Virus record (IMG/VR): IMGVR_UViG_3300019776_000213
Span: 15,767-79,766 of that record
DNA from: a virus
Direction: 5' to 3' (one strand)
Length of the DNA stretch: 64,000 nt
The stretch's first letter is position 1. Each line of letters opens with the position of its first letter. Below, piece by piece: positions 1-10,263 of this stretch. The notes beneath the pieces are model-generated. The model did no database searches. It was not told the origin of the DNA and saw only the letters and a program-made list of their open reading frames with translations. The position numbers and the translations under genes were made by a program.

Positions 1-383
1 CACTGTAGCGACAGCTTTAATAGAGTTCTCAGGACATGAAGATTCTGATAAGAATTGGAAATGGAATTTCACAGAAGCTATTGACAATGCTAGTAAATTT
101 GATGAGAATGTGAAAGCACTGATTACAATGAATCACCAGAACAATACTGGTCTTGTTATTGTTGAGAAATGAGGAGAAAACTAAATGATTAATGTCAAGA
201 TCAACTACGATGCTGCTCAAGAAATCACTACACACTTCTTGTTTGATATTCTCAATCCAAATGAACTAAAGCATAACATAGAAGACCCACAAGAGCTTGT
301 AAAGGCTTATGAGCGAGTATTGCGAGATATTACTACACATACTGATGAGCGGTTGAAAGTATTTGATACAATATATAAAGAGC

Positions 384-413
384 TTGACAATACATTGTAA
401 TTTGTTGTATAAT
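384..413 (+). promoter_or_regulatory. sigma70-type promoter
   Basis: TTGACA (384-389), 18 bp, TATAAT (408-413) upstream of the AAGGAG RBS of ORF 441. Confidence 0.75.
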
Positions 414-440
414 TATGTTTCACTAAATTAAGGAGAATGT

Positions 441-719
441 ATGCTATCAATTATTGTTTCACTAGTTTCAATGGCACTTGCAGTATTCACTATTACAAAC
501 TTATTCAATTGGTTTGTAGCAGCAACATTTCACATTACTGAGCTATCTTATGCAGCAGCTTTTGGTCTTAGTCTTGTTGTAGGGTATTTTACTAAAGTTA
601 GTGTCTTCGCAGCAATAAAAACAGATAAATATGATCCTGCTGAACGCATGGTATTCAACTTAACAGGTAATGTAATCTTGCTTACAGTAGGGTGTATTGT
701 AAAGACATTCTTTATTTGA
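441..719 (+). CDS. small membrane protein (about 3 TM)
   Basis: AAGGAG RBS; three hydrophobic segments. Confidence 0.75.
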   Translation: MLSIIVSLVSMALAVFTITNLFNWFVAATFHITELSYAAAFGLSLVVGYFTKVSVFAAIKTDKYDPAERMVFNLTGNVILLTVGCIVKTFFI

Positions 720-823
720 TTTGTAAATGTGACAACTTCATTTTAAGTTGTGGCTGGCATGGCAGTCTTAGCAAAAGCACCATGTATTAATCTAGAAACA
801 AAATCTATAAAGGAAACTAAACA

Positions 824-1471
824 ATGGCAACTAAACAATCACAATATGGTTCTGTCGAAGGTACTTTTGTATACGCTAAAGTTGGTCAACCAGATAATAA
901 GTATCAAAGCACAGAAAAGGAATGGAGTATTGAAGTAATTGTTGATGAAGATACTGCGGATGCTTGGAATGAGCAATTTAAAAAGCAACCTGCTAAGAAG
1001 ATTAAAACTTCTGAGTTTGAAACTAAATATAAAATTCCAGTACCTTTAGCGTTGAAGAATGAGAAGAATGTCTTTGGTATTAAACTAAAACGTCAAGCTA
1101 CGAATAATGGAATTGCAGTGGATGACCAATTCAGACCAAAAGTGTTCATAGATGACTCTGAAGGAAACCGTACAGAAATTGGGCAAAGTCGTTTAATTGC
1201 TAATGGCAGTTTTGGCAAAGTGTCTTACTATATCTCTACTAACGATTTTGGTACGTTTGCTAGGTTGCAAAATGTATTGATGGATGAAGACAACTTCAAG
1301 GAATATGAGGCGTCTAACGGTAAAGCAGGAGATGAATTTGGAGTAAAACCTGTAAAGACGGAAGCACCTCGAAAAGAAGTTCTTGAGGCTCGTCCTGAGA
1401 AGGTAACTGCTGCTAAGAAAGATAAAGTCACACGTGTGGAGGATGACTATAGCGAAGAATCTCCTTTTTAA
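824..1471 (+). CDS. single-stranded DNA-binding protein (T7 gp2.5-like)
   Basis: N-terminal GxFxYAKVxxPD motif, acidic tail ending in EESPF, replication-module context. Confidence 0.7.
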   Translation: MATKQSQYGSVEGTFVYAKVGQPDNKYQSTEKEWSIEVIVDEDTADAWNEQFKKQPAKKIKTSEFETKYKIPVPLALKNEKNVFGIKLKRQATNNGIAVDDQFRPKVFIDDSEGNRTEIGQSRLIANGSFGKVSYYISTNDFGTFARLQNVLMDEDNFKEYEASNGKAGDEFGVKPVKTEAPRKEVLEARPEKVTAAKKDKVTRVEDDYSEESPF

Positions 1472-1480
1472 TTTAACATT

Positions 1481-1517
1481 AGAACACACCCCAAAAATAA
1501 GCTGGGGTGTGTTCTTT
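1481..1517 (+). terminator. intrinsic terminator hairpin
   Basis: AGAACACACCCC...GGGGTGTGTTCT inverted repeat followed by T residues. Confidence 0.65.
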
Positions 1518-1527
1518 GGAGATATGC

Positions 1528-2130
1528 ATGAGTAATATTTTTCCAGATTTTAAATCTAGAGATGGTAGGTGGGTGAAATGCTTTAAATTAGAAAATTCAA
1601 CAGGATTTACAAAGGCAGGAAGGTTGTGGTCAGATGTTGCACACAGATGTAATCCAAAAGGGGCTTTTCAAAATAAGAAGCCTACCTATAAACAATGTGT
1701 AATGTCTGATAACTTCAAAAACTTTCAATATTTTGCAGAGTGGTGTCAAGACCAGATTGGCTACCTTGAAGAAGGATATCACTTAGATAAAGACATATTG
1801 TTTGAAGGAAATAAAGTATATTCTGAAGATACTTGTGTATTTATACCTAAAGATTTAAATGCCTTTTCAAAAAGATATGATAAGCCTAGAATAGGTATAC
1901 CCACAGGAGTGTACATAACAAAATCAGGTAAATTTATTGCCAAAGCAGGTGACAAAGCTTTGGGTAACGTAGTCGTCGGGTTATTTAATACCGCCAAAGA
2001 GGCTTCTGATGCATACATATTACAAAAAGAGATGTATGCTGAGATTTGGTATAAACGCCTTTTGTCCAGAGAATTTTATGTTGATCCTAGAGTAATAGAT
2101 AAGATGCGTGGTTGGAAATATACAGCATAA
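1528..2130 (+). CDS. free-standing HNH-like homing endonuclease with AP2-like C-terminus
   Basis: NFQYFAEW...LDKDIL..GNKVYSEDTCVFIP motif; paralogue of 40901..41659; start moved to the ATG after GGAG. Confidence 0.75.
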   Translation: MSNIFPDFKSRDGRWVKCFKLENSTGFTKAGRLWSDVAHRCNPKGAFQNKKPTYKQCVMSDNFKNFQYFAEWCQDQIGYLEEGYHLDKDILFEGNKVYSEDTCVFIPKDLNAFSKRYDKPRIGIPTGVYITKSGKFIAKAGDKALGNVVVGLFNTAKEASDAYILQKEMYAEIWYKRLLSREFYVDPRVIDKMRGWKYTA

Positions 2131-2187
2131 CACCACGTCCTGCATTTCTCGAAAGGGACTTGCAGGAATTTGTTTAAGGAGGATAAA

Positions 2188-3336
2188 ATGGAATATGCAG
2201 CAGAAATATGGTTTGGGAACGTTGTACTGAAAATTGATCTAGAAACTTATAACAGAGCAGACGAAGCAGAAGCTCTGGAAGTTGCTCAGAAGATAGCTAA
2301 AAAGCTTGGTGGTGAGGTGGATATGATTTATGCGCAGGAGTAATAATGACTGATGAAGAAGCTAAAAAGTTCATGTTAGAAGCAGCAAGTAAGTACGGCT
2401 TAGAGTATGAAGTAATGTTGTCTTTTAATGGTTATATAGAAGCTGGAGATAGTGTTGAAGCTGCTGCGGCATGTGCTCTTTATGACTGGGACATATAATG
2501 CAAACAGACTATACATGGCTAGACGGATGGGTGAGAGTGCCTTCAGGAGCATTTTATGAGGTGAATGATGAATAAGGAGGATAAACAGTTAATTCTATGG
2601 ATGGCAGCGAAAGAACTTACTAAAGATTTAATTACTCAGTATCCTATTTTCCAAAAAGCTTACAATGATATTAAGCGAAGCACATTAAATAAGCGACAAA
2701 GATTGAAAGTAGTAGCTATGAGGAAGGGAAGACGATGACAACAGCTAAACAAAAAGCTAGGCAAGAGATTAAAGAGCTTCTGCAAAAAGATTTAGAAGTT
2801 GCTAAATACAATGTTAGGCAGAATTTATGGGAGTTCAAAAGACTTGCAGCTAAACAAGAAGTATTGAAACGTAAAGTGGCAGAATCTCAGAGGATTATAT
2901 CTATGCTGGAGAAATTATGACTAAAGAAGAAGCTATTGCAAAGTTAAAAGGCGGATGTTATCTTAATTGTGAATGGGGAAATTGGACAGCGTACCAATTC
3001 ACATGTAGCTGTACAGACGAAGAATTTGAATGTTGTAGAGATGATTTTGATTCCATAGAAGCTACAGTAGAACATTTAGAAGACTTCTGCAAAGGGAGAT
3101 GGGAAAATGTTTATTAAAGGAGAGATGACATGGATATAGAACGTTACTATACATTTGAAGAATCGGCTATTAGGCAGATAAGTAAACTGCATAAGAAAAA
3201 TTACGAAATACGTGCTGCCTTGTCAAATTTATCAACTGCTACAAAGTCTTACTGTGGCAACTCAAGTCTACCTACTTATATGCATGAAGCTATGCGCGAG
3301 GCTAGAGAATGTTTGCAAAAGGTTGATGAGTTATGA
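2188..3336 (+). CDS. run of short hypothetical genes (incl. 2735..2920, 2917..3117, 3130..3336)
   Basis: tightly packed ORFs with RBS and ATGA overlaps. Confidence 0.65.
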
Positions 3337-4295
3337 CTAAACGAATCCTATTAGCCGATGGCGACATAATAGCATTCAGGTGTGCAGCAGCTAATGAATC
3401 ACGAAGCATTAAAGTCACTCACAAAGTTACTGGACAAGTTACTTCTCATGCACATAGAACAGCTTTCAAAGAGCATATCCGAGATGAATTTGAAGTGGAT
3501 GAGTTTGAAATAGAAGATGTAAGAGAAGCTGAAAATATTTCGTTTGCTTACAATGCTATCAACACAACAATAGAAGCTCTGAAGAAATCTTGCGAAGCCT
3601 CTGAAGTAGAAGTGTTTATGAGTGGCAAGACAAACTTCAGAGATAGTCTTCCGTTACCTTCTAAATACAAAGGAACTAGGGAAGGACTTGATAAGCCAGT
3701 GCAATTAGAACAGTGTCGAGAATATCTCAAAAATAAATACAAAGCTAAAATAGCTGTAAACAAAGAAGCTGACGATGACCTTACAATTCGCGCTCATGAG
3801 CTTCGCAAGCAAGGTGATATAGGAATTGTAGCTACAATTGATAAAGATGCATACGGCACTGACATATGGCTTTACAACTGGACTAAGATGGACAAGCCTA
3901 TCAGAATCAAAGGACTAGGATTTCTTGAGTTAGATGAGAAGAAAGTGTTGCGTGGACAAGGTAGGTTATGGTACTATGCTCAGTGGGTGAAGGGGGACAC
4001 CGTAGATGCCTTTAAGCCGTGCGAAGTAGCTGGAAAGAAGTTTGGGGATACAGGATGCTACAACTTATTAAAAGACTGCAAAACAGACAAAGAAGCTGTA
4101 CAAGCTGTTTACAACCAATATAAATCGTGGTATCCTTCTGAACCAATTGTATACAAAGATTGGCAAGGAAATGAACAGTCAAAGACGTTGATAGAGTTCC
4201 TAGACTTGTATGCATCTTGTTGTCATATGTTGAGAGGTGACGATGACAAGTTCGATACGAAATCATTGCTTGAAAAACTCGAAATAGAACTCTAA
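3333..4295 (+). CDS. 5'-3' exonuclease / RNase H (T7 gp6-like)
   Basis: DGD, YKGxR, EADD, TIDKD and GDTVD acidic motifs. Confidence 0.85.
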   Translation: MTKRILLADGDIIAFRCAAANESRSIKVTHKVTGQVTSHAHRTAFKEHIRDEFEVDEFEIEDVREAENISFAYNAINTTIEALKKSCEASEVEVFMSGKTNFRDSLPLPSKYKGTREGLDKPVQLEQCREYLKNKYKAKIAVNKEADDDLTIRAHELRKQGDIGIVATIDKDAYGTDIWLYNWTKMDKPIRIKGLGFLELDEKKVLRGQGRLWYYAQWVKGDTVDAFKPCEVAGKKFGDTGCYNLLKDCKTDKEAVQAVYNQYKSWYPSEPIVYKDWQGNEQSKTLIEFLDLYASCCHMLRGDDDKFDTKSLLEKLEIEL

Positions 4296-4305
4296 GGAGA
4301 AAATA

Positions 4306-4737
4306 ATGACCCCATGTGAAGAGCTTGGATATAAAGTAGGCGATAAGTTTAAAGTGGTTTGCTCAGATGATGGAAATTTTAGTAAAAATACGATAGTGTA
4401 TCTTGTACAGGATGATTGTACAGAGTGTCCTAGGTTTTCTAAGCTACCACTTACCAATGAAGCATATGACGAGGATGATTGGGGTTATTTGTTTTTATAT
4501 GATGTAGAAAAAGTAGATATTTTAGATTGTACTAAATCCTCCGCAACATCGACAAAAGATATGCTTTCAACCTTTCAACAATTTGAAAGCTCTCTTAGAA
4601 AAGCTAACGATGTGGGGCTGTCATTCCGAAAAGGGACTTATACAATCTATTTTGATAATTATGAGTTCAAAGGAGATGAAAGTAAGATTCGTAAGACTAT
4701 TGAATTGTTGACAGAGTTGTTTATTGAAGGAGAATAA
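4306..4737 (+). CDS. hypothetical protein
   Basis: AAGGAG RBS; N-terminal TPCEELGYKVGD motif. Confidence 0.7.
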   Translation: MTPCEELGYKVGDKFKVVCSDDGNFSKNTIVYLVQDDCTECPRFSKLPLTNEAYDEDDWGYLFLYDVEKVDILDCTKSSATSTKDMLSTFQQFESSLRKANDVGLSFRKGTYTIYFDNYEFKGDESKIRKTIELLTELFIEGE

Positions 4738-4738
4738 T

Positions 4739-5440
4739 ATGGATAATACTAATAGATTTAAAGTAGGTGACACTATAAAAGTAATTAATGAAGGAAGCAC
4801 TTACCCTATTTACGAGACTTGGGCAAAGGAATATTCACTTGAGTATTGGGTATATAACAACACGCCGGAAAATAATGATGTTGGTATAATTAAAGTGTTA
4901 GCCCCTTTAATTTCTCATCCAGACATAATGCTTGCTGGAGTTTGTATTGATGGAAAGCAATACATCATTGGATTAGATGGAATTGAGCTTGTAGAGGATA
5001 ACAATACAAAAGAGTTTAATATAGGAGATATGGTTGAGATAGTAGACCCAGATAATTCCTATTCATTTTATACACAATGGGCAAAGGAACGTGGTTTATC
5101 TGGGTTTGAATATGGCAAACGTCCTATTAAAAATATGATCGGACAAATTATTGCTAGAGGATTGCACACTGAGGATATTGATGTAGTATATGGTGTTAAA
5201 GTTGGAGACTCACATTTTGTTATGGACGGAGCTGGCTTGACATTGTTAACTTGTGGAAAAGCAACTCCAGAACAAGAAAAGCGTGTAAATGATTCTCTAG
5301 GACTTGGATCAATCACATTGAACATTTCAAAAGAAGTTCTTGATAAATACAAAATAAAAGCCTACGATAAACAGAGTAACCATGTGTATCTTATGCGTAA
5401 AGCTTTGGCAGAATATGTTGGAGTAGATATTGATGAGTAA
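4739..5440 (+). CDS. protein with two internal repeats and a C-terminal ribbon-helix-helix-like segment
   Basis: FKVGDTIKVI..YETWAKE / FNIGDMVEIV..YTQWAKE repeats; ITLNISKE...LMRKALAEY. Confidence 0.65.
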   Translation: MDNTNRFKVGDTIKVINEGSTYPIYETWAKEYSLEYWVYNNTPENNDVGIIKVLAPLISHPDIMLAGVCIDGKQYIIGLDGIELVEDNNTKEFNIGDMVEIVDPDNSYSFYTQWAKERGLSGFEYGKRPIKNMIGQIIARGLHTEDIDVVYGVKVGDSHFVMDGAGLTLLTCGKATPEQEKRVNDSLGLGSITLNISKEVLDKYKIKAYDKQSNHVYLMRKALAEYVGVDIDE

Positions 5441-5984
5441 CCTTCCTTGGATATCTCATCCGCATGTTTGGAAAACTGAAGCTGAGTTCATTCAATGGGT
5501 CAGAGGAGGTCTTCGCAAGCTATGGGCTAATCATCCAATCAGGATTGAGTTTAAGAAGAAGATGCAAGTGAAGATGAAGAATACAAATCCAAGAAGTATG
5601 AAAAGGTTTCCAGAAGTAAATGCTTGGGAGTGCAATATTTGTCATTGTTTGTCTCAATCTCCGCAGATCGACCACAAATCAGATACGGGAGGAACTTTCA
5701 GATCAATAGATGACATTCAAGCTTATGCTGAATATTTATACTTCGTTGATAACAATTCACTTCAGTGCTTATGCAAGCCATGTCATGATGTTGTTACATA
5801 TAGTCAAAGACTTGGAATATCCTTTGACGAAGCTGCCAATGAGAAGTACATCATCAAGATCACTAAAGAAGAACCTGTAAAAGATATTCTTTACTTTCTT
5901 GAATGTTATGGGTATAATGATTGTACGTCTGCTGCAAAGAGGAAGAAAGCTTTGCAAGAGGTATTGAAAGAATATTGTTTATAA
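5430..5984 (+). CDS. HNH endonuclease
   Basis: CxxC...IDH...LQCLCKPCH. Confidence 0.8.
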   Translation: MMSNLPWISHPHVWKTEAEFIQWVRGGLRKLWANHPIRIEFKKKMQVKMKNTNPRSMKRFPEVNAWECNICHCLSQSPQIDHKSDTGGTFRSIDDIQAYAEYLYFVDNNSLQCLCKPCHDVVTYSQRLGISFDEAANEKYIIKITKEEPVKDILYFLECYGYNDCTSAAKRKKALQEVLKEYCL

Positions 5985-6606
5985 GGAGAAGATTATGATA
6001 TTTGTTGATGGCACTATTGATGGTTCGTTTGTTTATTATAACAATAACAGAGAAATAGAGGGTGTTCACATAGTTTCTGATGAAATTTTCTTCTGGAGTG
6101 GCTCAACTTACACAAGTGTTGATAGAATTTACATAGGAGATATCCCTAACATGATTTTAGCTCTTCAAGCAGCTTATGATAACTATAAGAAAGATAACCC
6201 ATGATATTCTGCTACAAGAAACCCGATGGAACAATTGGTCAAGTGGAAGTGGAGCTAGACGAGAATTGTTCTTTTAAAGATGCTGTTGAGTTTATCAAAG
6301 ATGGGCTTAACTTAAATAAGAAGGCTGTGTTGCTAGGGCTTGTGCAAGGAGGAAAACTATGCCAATGACAGCAAGAAAGTTGATTCAAACACTCCTTAAA
6401 TTTGATAATCTTGATGATGAGGTTAAGATTGAGTACTGTAAAATAGATTATGTACAGAAAATATATGGTAATGGTGAAGGTATATTCTTGATTCAAACTA
6501 AACAGAAATTTTACACTTTTGATGAGATGAATATACTAGTAGGAGAAGCTTATCAAGATGGTATAAATCATGCACTTGCTGGAGTTATAACTAATAAGGA
6601 GAAAGT

Positions 6607-7518
6607 ATGAATAAACACGATTGGCATCATCAAGCTGTAGCTTTAGCAAATACTAAGACGTTGAGCTGGAGGGATATTGCTAAGATGGTAGGTAAGAGTA
6701 AATCTACAGTGTCAGATTACTTGCGGAAGTATTATAAGGAGTTGAGTGACGATACCGTTATGGATTGTTTGCAAATATTGAAAGAGAATATTCAAGATAC
6801 TGTAAAAGATTTAAAAGGTATTGGATTGGTAAAATATGAGAAAGTACCTGACAACTCTCGAATTCTATTTATCAGTGACATGCATATTCCATATCATCAT
6901 AAAAACTTGATTCCATTTTTAAGATCGTTGAAAGAACGCTACAATCCAACACGTATTATTTGCTTGGGTGATGATTTAGATAAGCACGCTTTATCTTTCC
7001 ATGACAGTGACCCAGATCTTATGAGTGCAGGTGACGAACTTCGTGCAGCACTCCCAGTTATTAAAGAACTACATACATTGTTTCCTGAAATGGACTTGAT
7101 TGACTCCAATCATGGAAGTATGGTATGGCGAAAAGCAAAGCATCACGGTATTCCTCGTCATTATATCAAAAGCTATAATGAAGTGCTTAACGTGGGCGAT
7201 GGTTGGGTATGGCACAATGACCTTGTGATTGATTTACCAAATGGACAACAAGTGTATGTGCATCATGGTAAAACTAAGGACGCATTGAAGGTGTCTCAAT
7301 CTATGGGAATGTCATTTGTGTGTGGGCACTTTCATGAGGATTTTAGTATTAAATATTGGGCAAACCCAAATGGATTGTATTTCGCAATGAATAGTGGATG
7401 TTTGATTGATGATGAAAGCTACGCATTTGCTTATAATAATGTGAACTTAAATCGCCCAATTATCGGCACAACATTGATTATTGACGGAGTACCAATCTTA
7501 GAGGCAATGCCTTTGTGA
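6607..7518 (+). CDS. calcineurin-like metallophosphoesterase with N-terminal HTH
   Basis: DMH, GDD, SNH, HG and GHFH motifs; SWRDIAKMVGKSKSTVSDYL helix-turn-helix. Confidence 0.85.
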   Translation: MNKHDWHHQAVALANTKTLSWRDIAKMVGKSKSTVSDYLRKYYKELSDDTVMDCLQILKENIQDTVKDLKGIGLVKYEKVPDNSRILFISDMHIPYHHKNLIPFLRSLKERYNPTRIICLGDDLDKHALSFHDSDPDLMSAGDELRAALPVIKELHTLFPEMDLIDSNHGSMVWRKAKHHGIPRHYIKSYNEVLNVGDGWVWHNDLVIDLPNGQQVYVHHGKTKDALKVSQSMGMSFVCGHFHEDFSIKYWANPNGLYFAMNSGCLIDDESYAFAYNNVNLNRPIIGTTLIIDGVPILEAMPL

Positions 7519-8006
7519 AAGGAAATAAAATGACTGCTGAAGTTACTTTTGTAAGACGATGGGATTATTTTTGGGAGGCTGTTTATGTCAATGGTGTCTG
7601 CAAAACTCAAGGAGAAGGATTAGATGCTGAAACCGTATTAGAAGAATTATCAAAACTTGGAATTATCAATTTAAAAACTTTGATATCTACTCCGTCAACA
7701 GCAGGCTTGTACCCAAATAATGTAGAAGATGTAATAGAGCATAAGTGGAAGTAATATGAACACCACTCAATTCCAGCATTACAGCCTTCCATTGATCATA
7801 GGCTTGAGAAGTAATGGTCAGGTAGGCTTAGTACCTACCAACCAATTTAAAACGATTATAGACGATTCTGGAGGCTTTACAAGCATGTTTGACATTGAAG
7901 GATTTACTATCAATAGTATTGATTATGAGTATCAAGTATGGTATAATTGCGATTCAGACTTGGAGACTTGGTTGAAGGCTCAGAATATTAGTTTAGGAGG
8001 ATTTAT

Positions 8007-8495
8007 ATGAGTAAAGTAGTGGGTTATGCAGAGAAAAGTATGTCACGAATTAAAATGTTTAATGAGCTTTGTGGCAACTTAGAGAATGTTGATCGTAATG
8101 TTATTGCTGGACAACTGGATCGTATTCAAGAAGAATATATCGAACTTGTTGAAGAACTTGACTTACTCAGAGATGAAGCAATGCTAAAAGAGACTATAGA
8201 TTTACATGTTGCTGTAGGAGGATTGTTAGTGATGTTTGAAGCGGCAGGGTTTAAAGTGGCAGAAGCTATGGAACGTGTAGATTTAAACAACCTAAGCAAG
8301 TACCCTAAGTTTGGTGACCCAACCCTTCCAATCATTGTAGCTGATGCAGAAAGTAAAGGATACACTGTAACAGCCCATAGTGGGTATGGTGTATATTCAT
8401 TAAAAGATAGCAATAATAAAGTACGCAAGCCAATCACATATAAATCAGTAGAAATTAGTGATTGTGCTGTAGCAGGATTCTTGGAGGCATCATGA
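8007..8495 (+). CDS. MazG-like / PRA-PH nucleotide pyrophosphohydrolase
   Basis: IQEEYIEL..KETIDL..NNLSK..KVRKP. Confidence 0.75.
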   Translation: MSKVVGYAEKSMSRIKMFNELCGNLENVDRNVIAGQLDRIQEEYIELVEELDLLRDEAMLKETIDLHVAVGGLLVMFEAAGFKVAEAMERVDLNNLSKYPKFGDPTLPIIVADAESKGYTVTAHSGYGVYSLKDSNNKVRKPITYKSVEISDCAVAGFLEAS

Positions 8496-8670
8496 ACCAT
8501 TATATTTATAAAGTATACATTCGAGCAGGTAAGTTTGAAGATCACAAAGCAGCTATGGCACACATTGAAGATGCCTTATCTCGACTAGTAGACGATGAAT
8601 GGATAGGAGATTATGAAGTATTAGCAATGTATGAAGATGAATATAAAGAATTTGATTAAGGAGACAATGT

Positions 8671-9204
8671 ATGATTAGTATTTCATTTTCAGATATGCTG
8701 TTAGTGGATGAGTTTAAAGGACTACGAGAGATTGATCTTTTACCAGTAGAGATAGATAGTAAAGTATTGCCATATTTATATGAAGTTGGTATGGATACTA
8801 ATAAAGGTTATCAAGTAGTAGTTAATAAGCATCGTAATAAGCAGAATAAGATTGTCATAGGATTCTTGTGGGCTGGAGAGATTCGTATTGACAGTGCTTT
8901 TAGAGAGAGTCCTTTCTGTTCAGCAACAGATAGAATCATTATGAGTAGTAAGAAAGACTTCTCATTAACACAAGAGCTATGTCAATTACAAGGTGGAGGG
9001 TTGAATTATTCTAAGTTTAGCTCAGAAGAAGATGAACGTGATGAGAAGGATTATTTAGAACTTGAATTGTATGAGAAGGACTATGTAGAAGTTAGCAGCT
9101 ATTTGAAGACTTTAGAAGATGTTATCTTTAATGTCCGAGGAAGCCCTTATAACGAGTGGGGAAGTTTGAAGACTTTAGAGCAATATTTAGAAAGCGTTAA
9201 ATAG
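8671..9204 (+). CDS. hypothetical protein
   Basis: 177-aa ORF with AAGGAG RBS. Confidence 0.7.
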   Translation: MISISFSDMLLVDEFKGLREIDLLPVEIDSKVLPYLYEVGMDTNKGYQVVVNKHRNKQNKIVIGFLWAGEIRIDSAFRESPFCSATDRIIMSSKKDFSLTQELCQLQGGGLNYSKFSSEEDERDEKDYLELELYEKDYVEVSSYLKTLEDVIFNVRGSPYNEWGSLKTLEQYLESVK

Positions 9205-9270
9205 TTATTGATTTATTTGGAAAAGGTGATATAATAGTTGCCTTTTCTAACTTATAATAAGAGAGGTAAT

Positions 9271-10263
9271 ATGGCAAAGTTACGAGAACCTACAGAAAGT
9301 TTTACAATTAAGTACCCTAAGCTGGTTGAGTATGCTGATCTACAACTAAATGAATTTTACTGGAAATGGGCTGAGATACAAGTACATAAAGATAAACACC
9401 AGTTTATGACAGAACTTACAGAAGCTGAGAAACATGCTATTCTTACAGCAGCTAAGTTATTTGTAAAGTATGAAAGCTTTGTTGGCAATGAATTCTGGAT
9501 GAATCGGGTGATGAAGATGTTTCCACGACCAGAAGTCGAGCGTTTATCAGCAACATTTGGTATGGTTGAATTGTCAATTCATAGTCCATTTTATCAAGCC
9601 TTGAATACACAACTTGGATTAGATACGGATGAGTTTTGGGAAAGCTATATTGATGACCCCGTATTGAAAGAACGTATGGAGTTTCTAAATAGCTTTGTTG
9701 ATAGTAATGATGACAGATTATCACTTGCTGTGTTTAGTATGATGGAAGGAGCTATTCTATTTTCAAGTTTTGCATTGTTTAAATCATTTAATAGCAATGG
9801 TCATAACTTGTTAGTAAACTTTGGTGCAGGGATTAATCAATCCGCCTTAGATGAGAATTTACATCATGAAGCTGGGGCATTTCTATTCCGTCAAGATTTG
9901 AAAGAGTCAAAGTTGAGTAAAGAGCAGAAAGATAGACTGTTTGCTAGAATTAAAGATGCTGCACTGATGTTATATAAGCATGAAGATGCAATCATTGAGA
10001 AGTTTCATGAGAAAGGCAATTTGCGAGGAATCACTAAAGAACAATTTAAAACATTCATTAAGTCACGTATCAATCTTTGTTTGAATAACTTTGGAATTGA
10101 AAGTATATTTGATATAGCTGGTGAAGATAATCCTGTTGAGAAATGGTTTGGTGACAAGATTAAGGGATATATTGCTAACGATTTCTTTGCGTCTCTTGGA
10201 AGAGAATACAGTACACGGTTTGCAGAAAATAAGTATGGCTGGACAGTAAAGGAGCAAGCATGA
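9271..10263 (+). CDS. nrdB: ribonucleotide reductase class I beta subunit
   Basis: ferritin-like ligands YE, ELSIH...Y, MEGAILFSSF, DENLH; ATG after GAGG. Confidence 0.9.
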   Translation: MAKLREPTESFTIKYPKLVEYADLQLNEFYWKWAEIQVHKDKHQFMTELTEAEKHAILTAAKLFVKYESFVGNEFWMNRVMKMFPRPEVERLSATFGMVELSIHSPFYQALNTQLGLDTDEFWESYIDDPVLKERMEFLNSFVDSNDDRLSLAVFSMMEGAILFSSFALFKSFNSNGHNLLVNFGAGINQSALDENLHHEAGAFLFRQDLKESKLSKEQKDRLFARIKDAALMLYKHEDAIIEKFHEKGNLRGITKEQFKTFIKSRINLCLNNFGIESIFDIAGEDNPVEKWFGDKIKGYIANDFFASLGREYSTRFAENKYGWTVKEQA

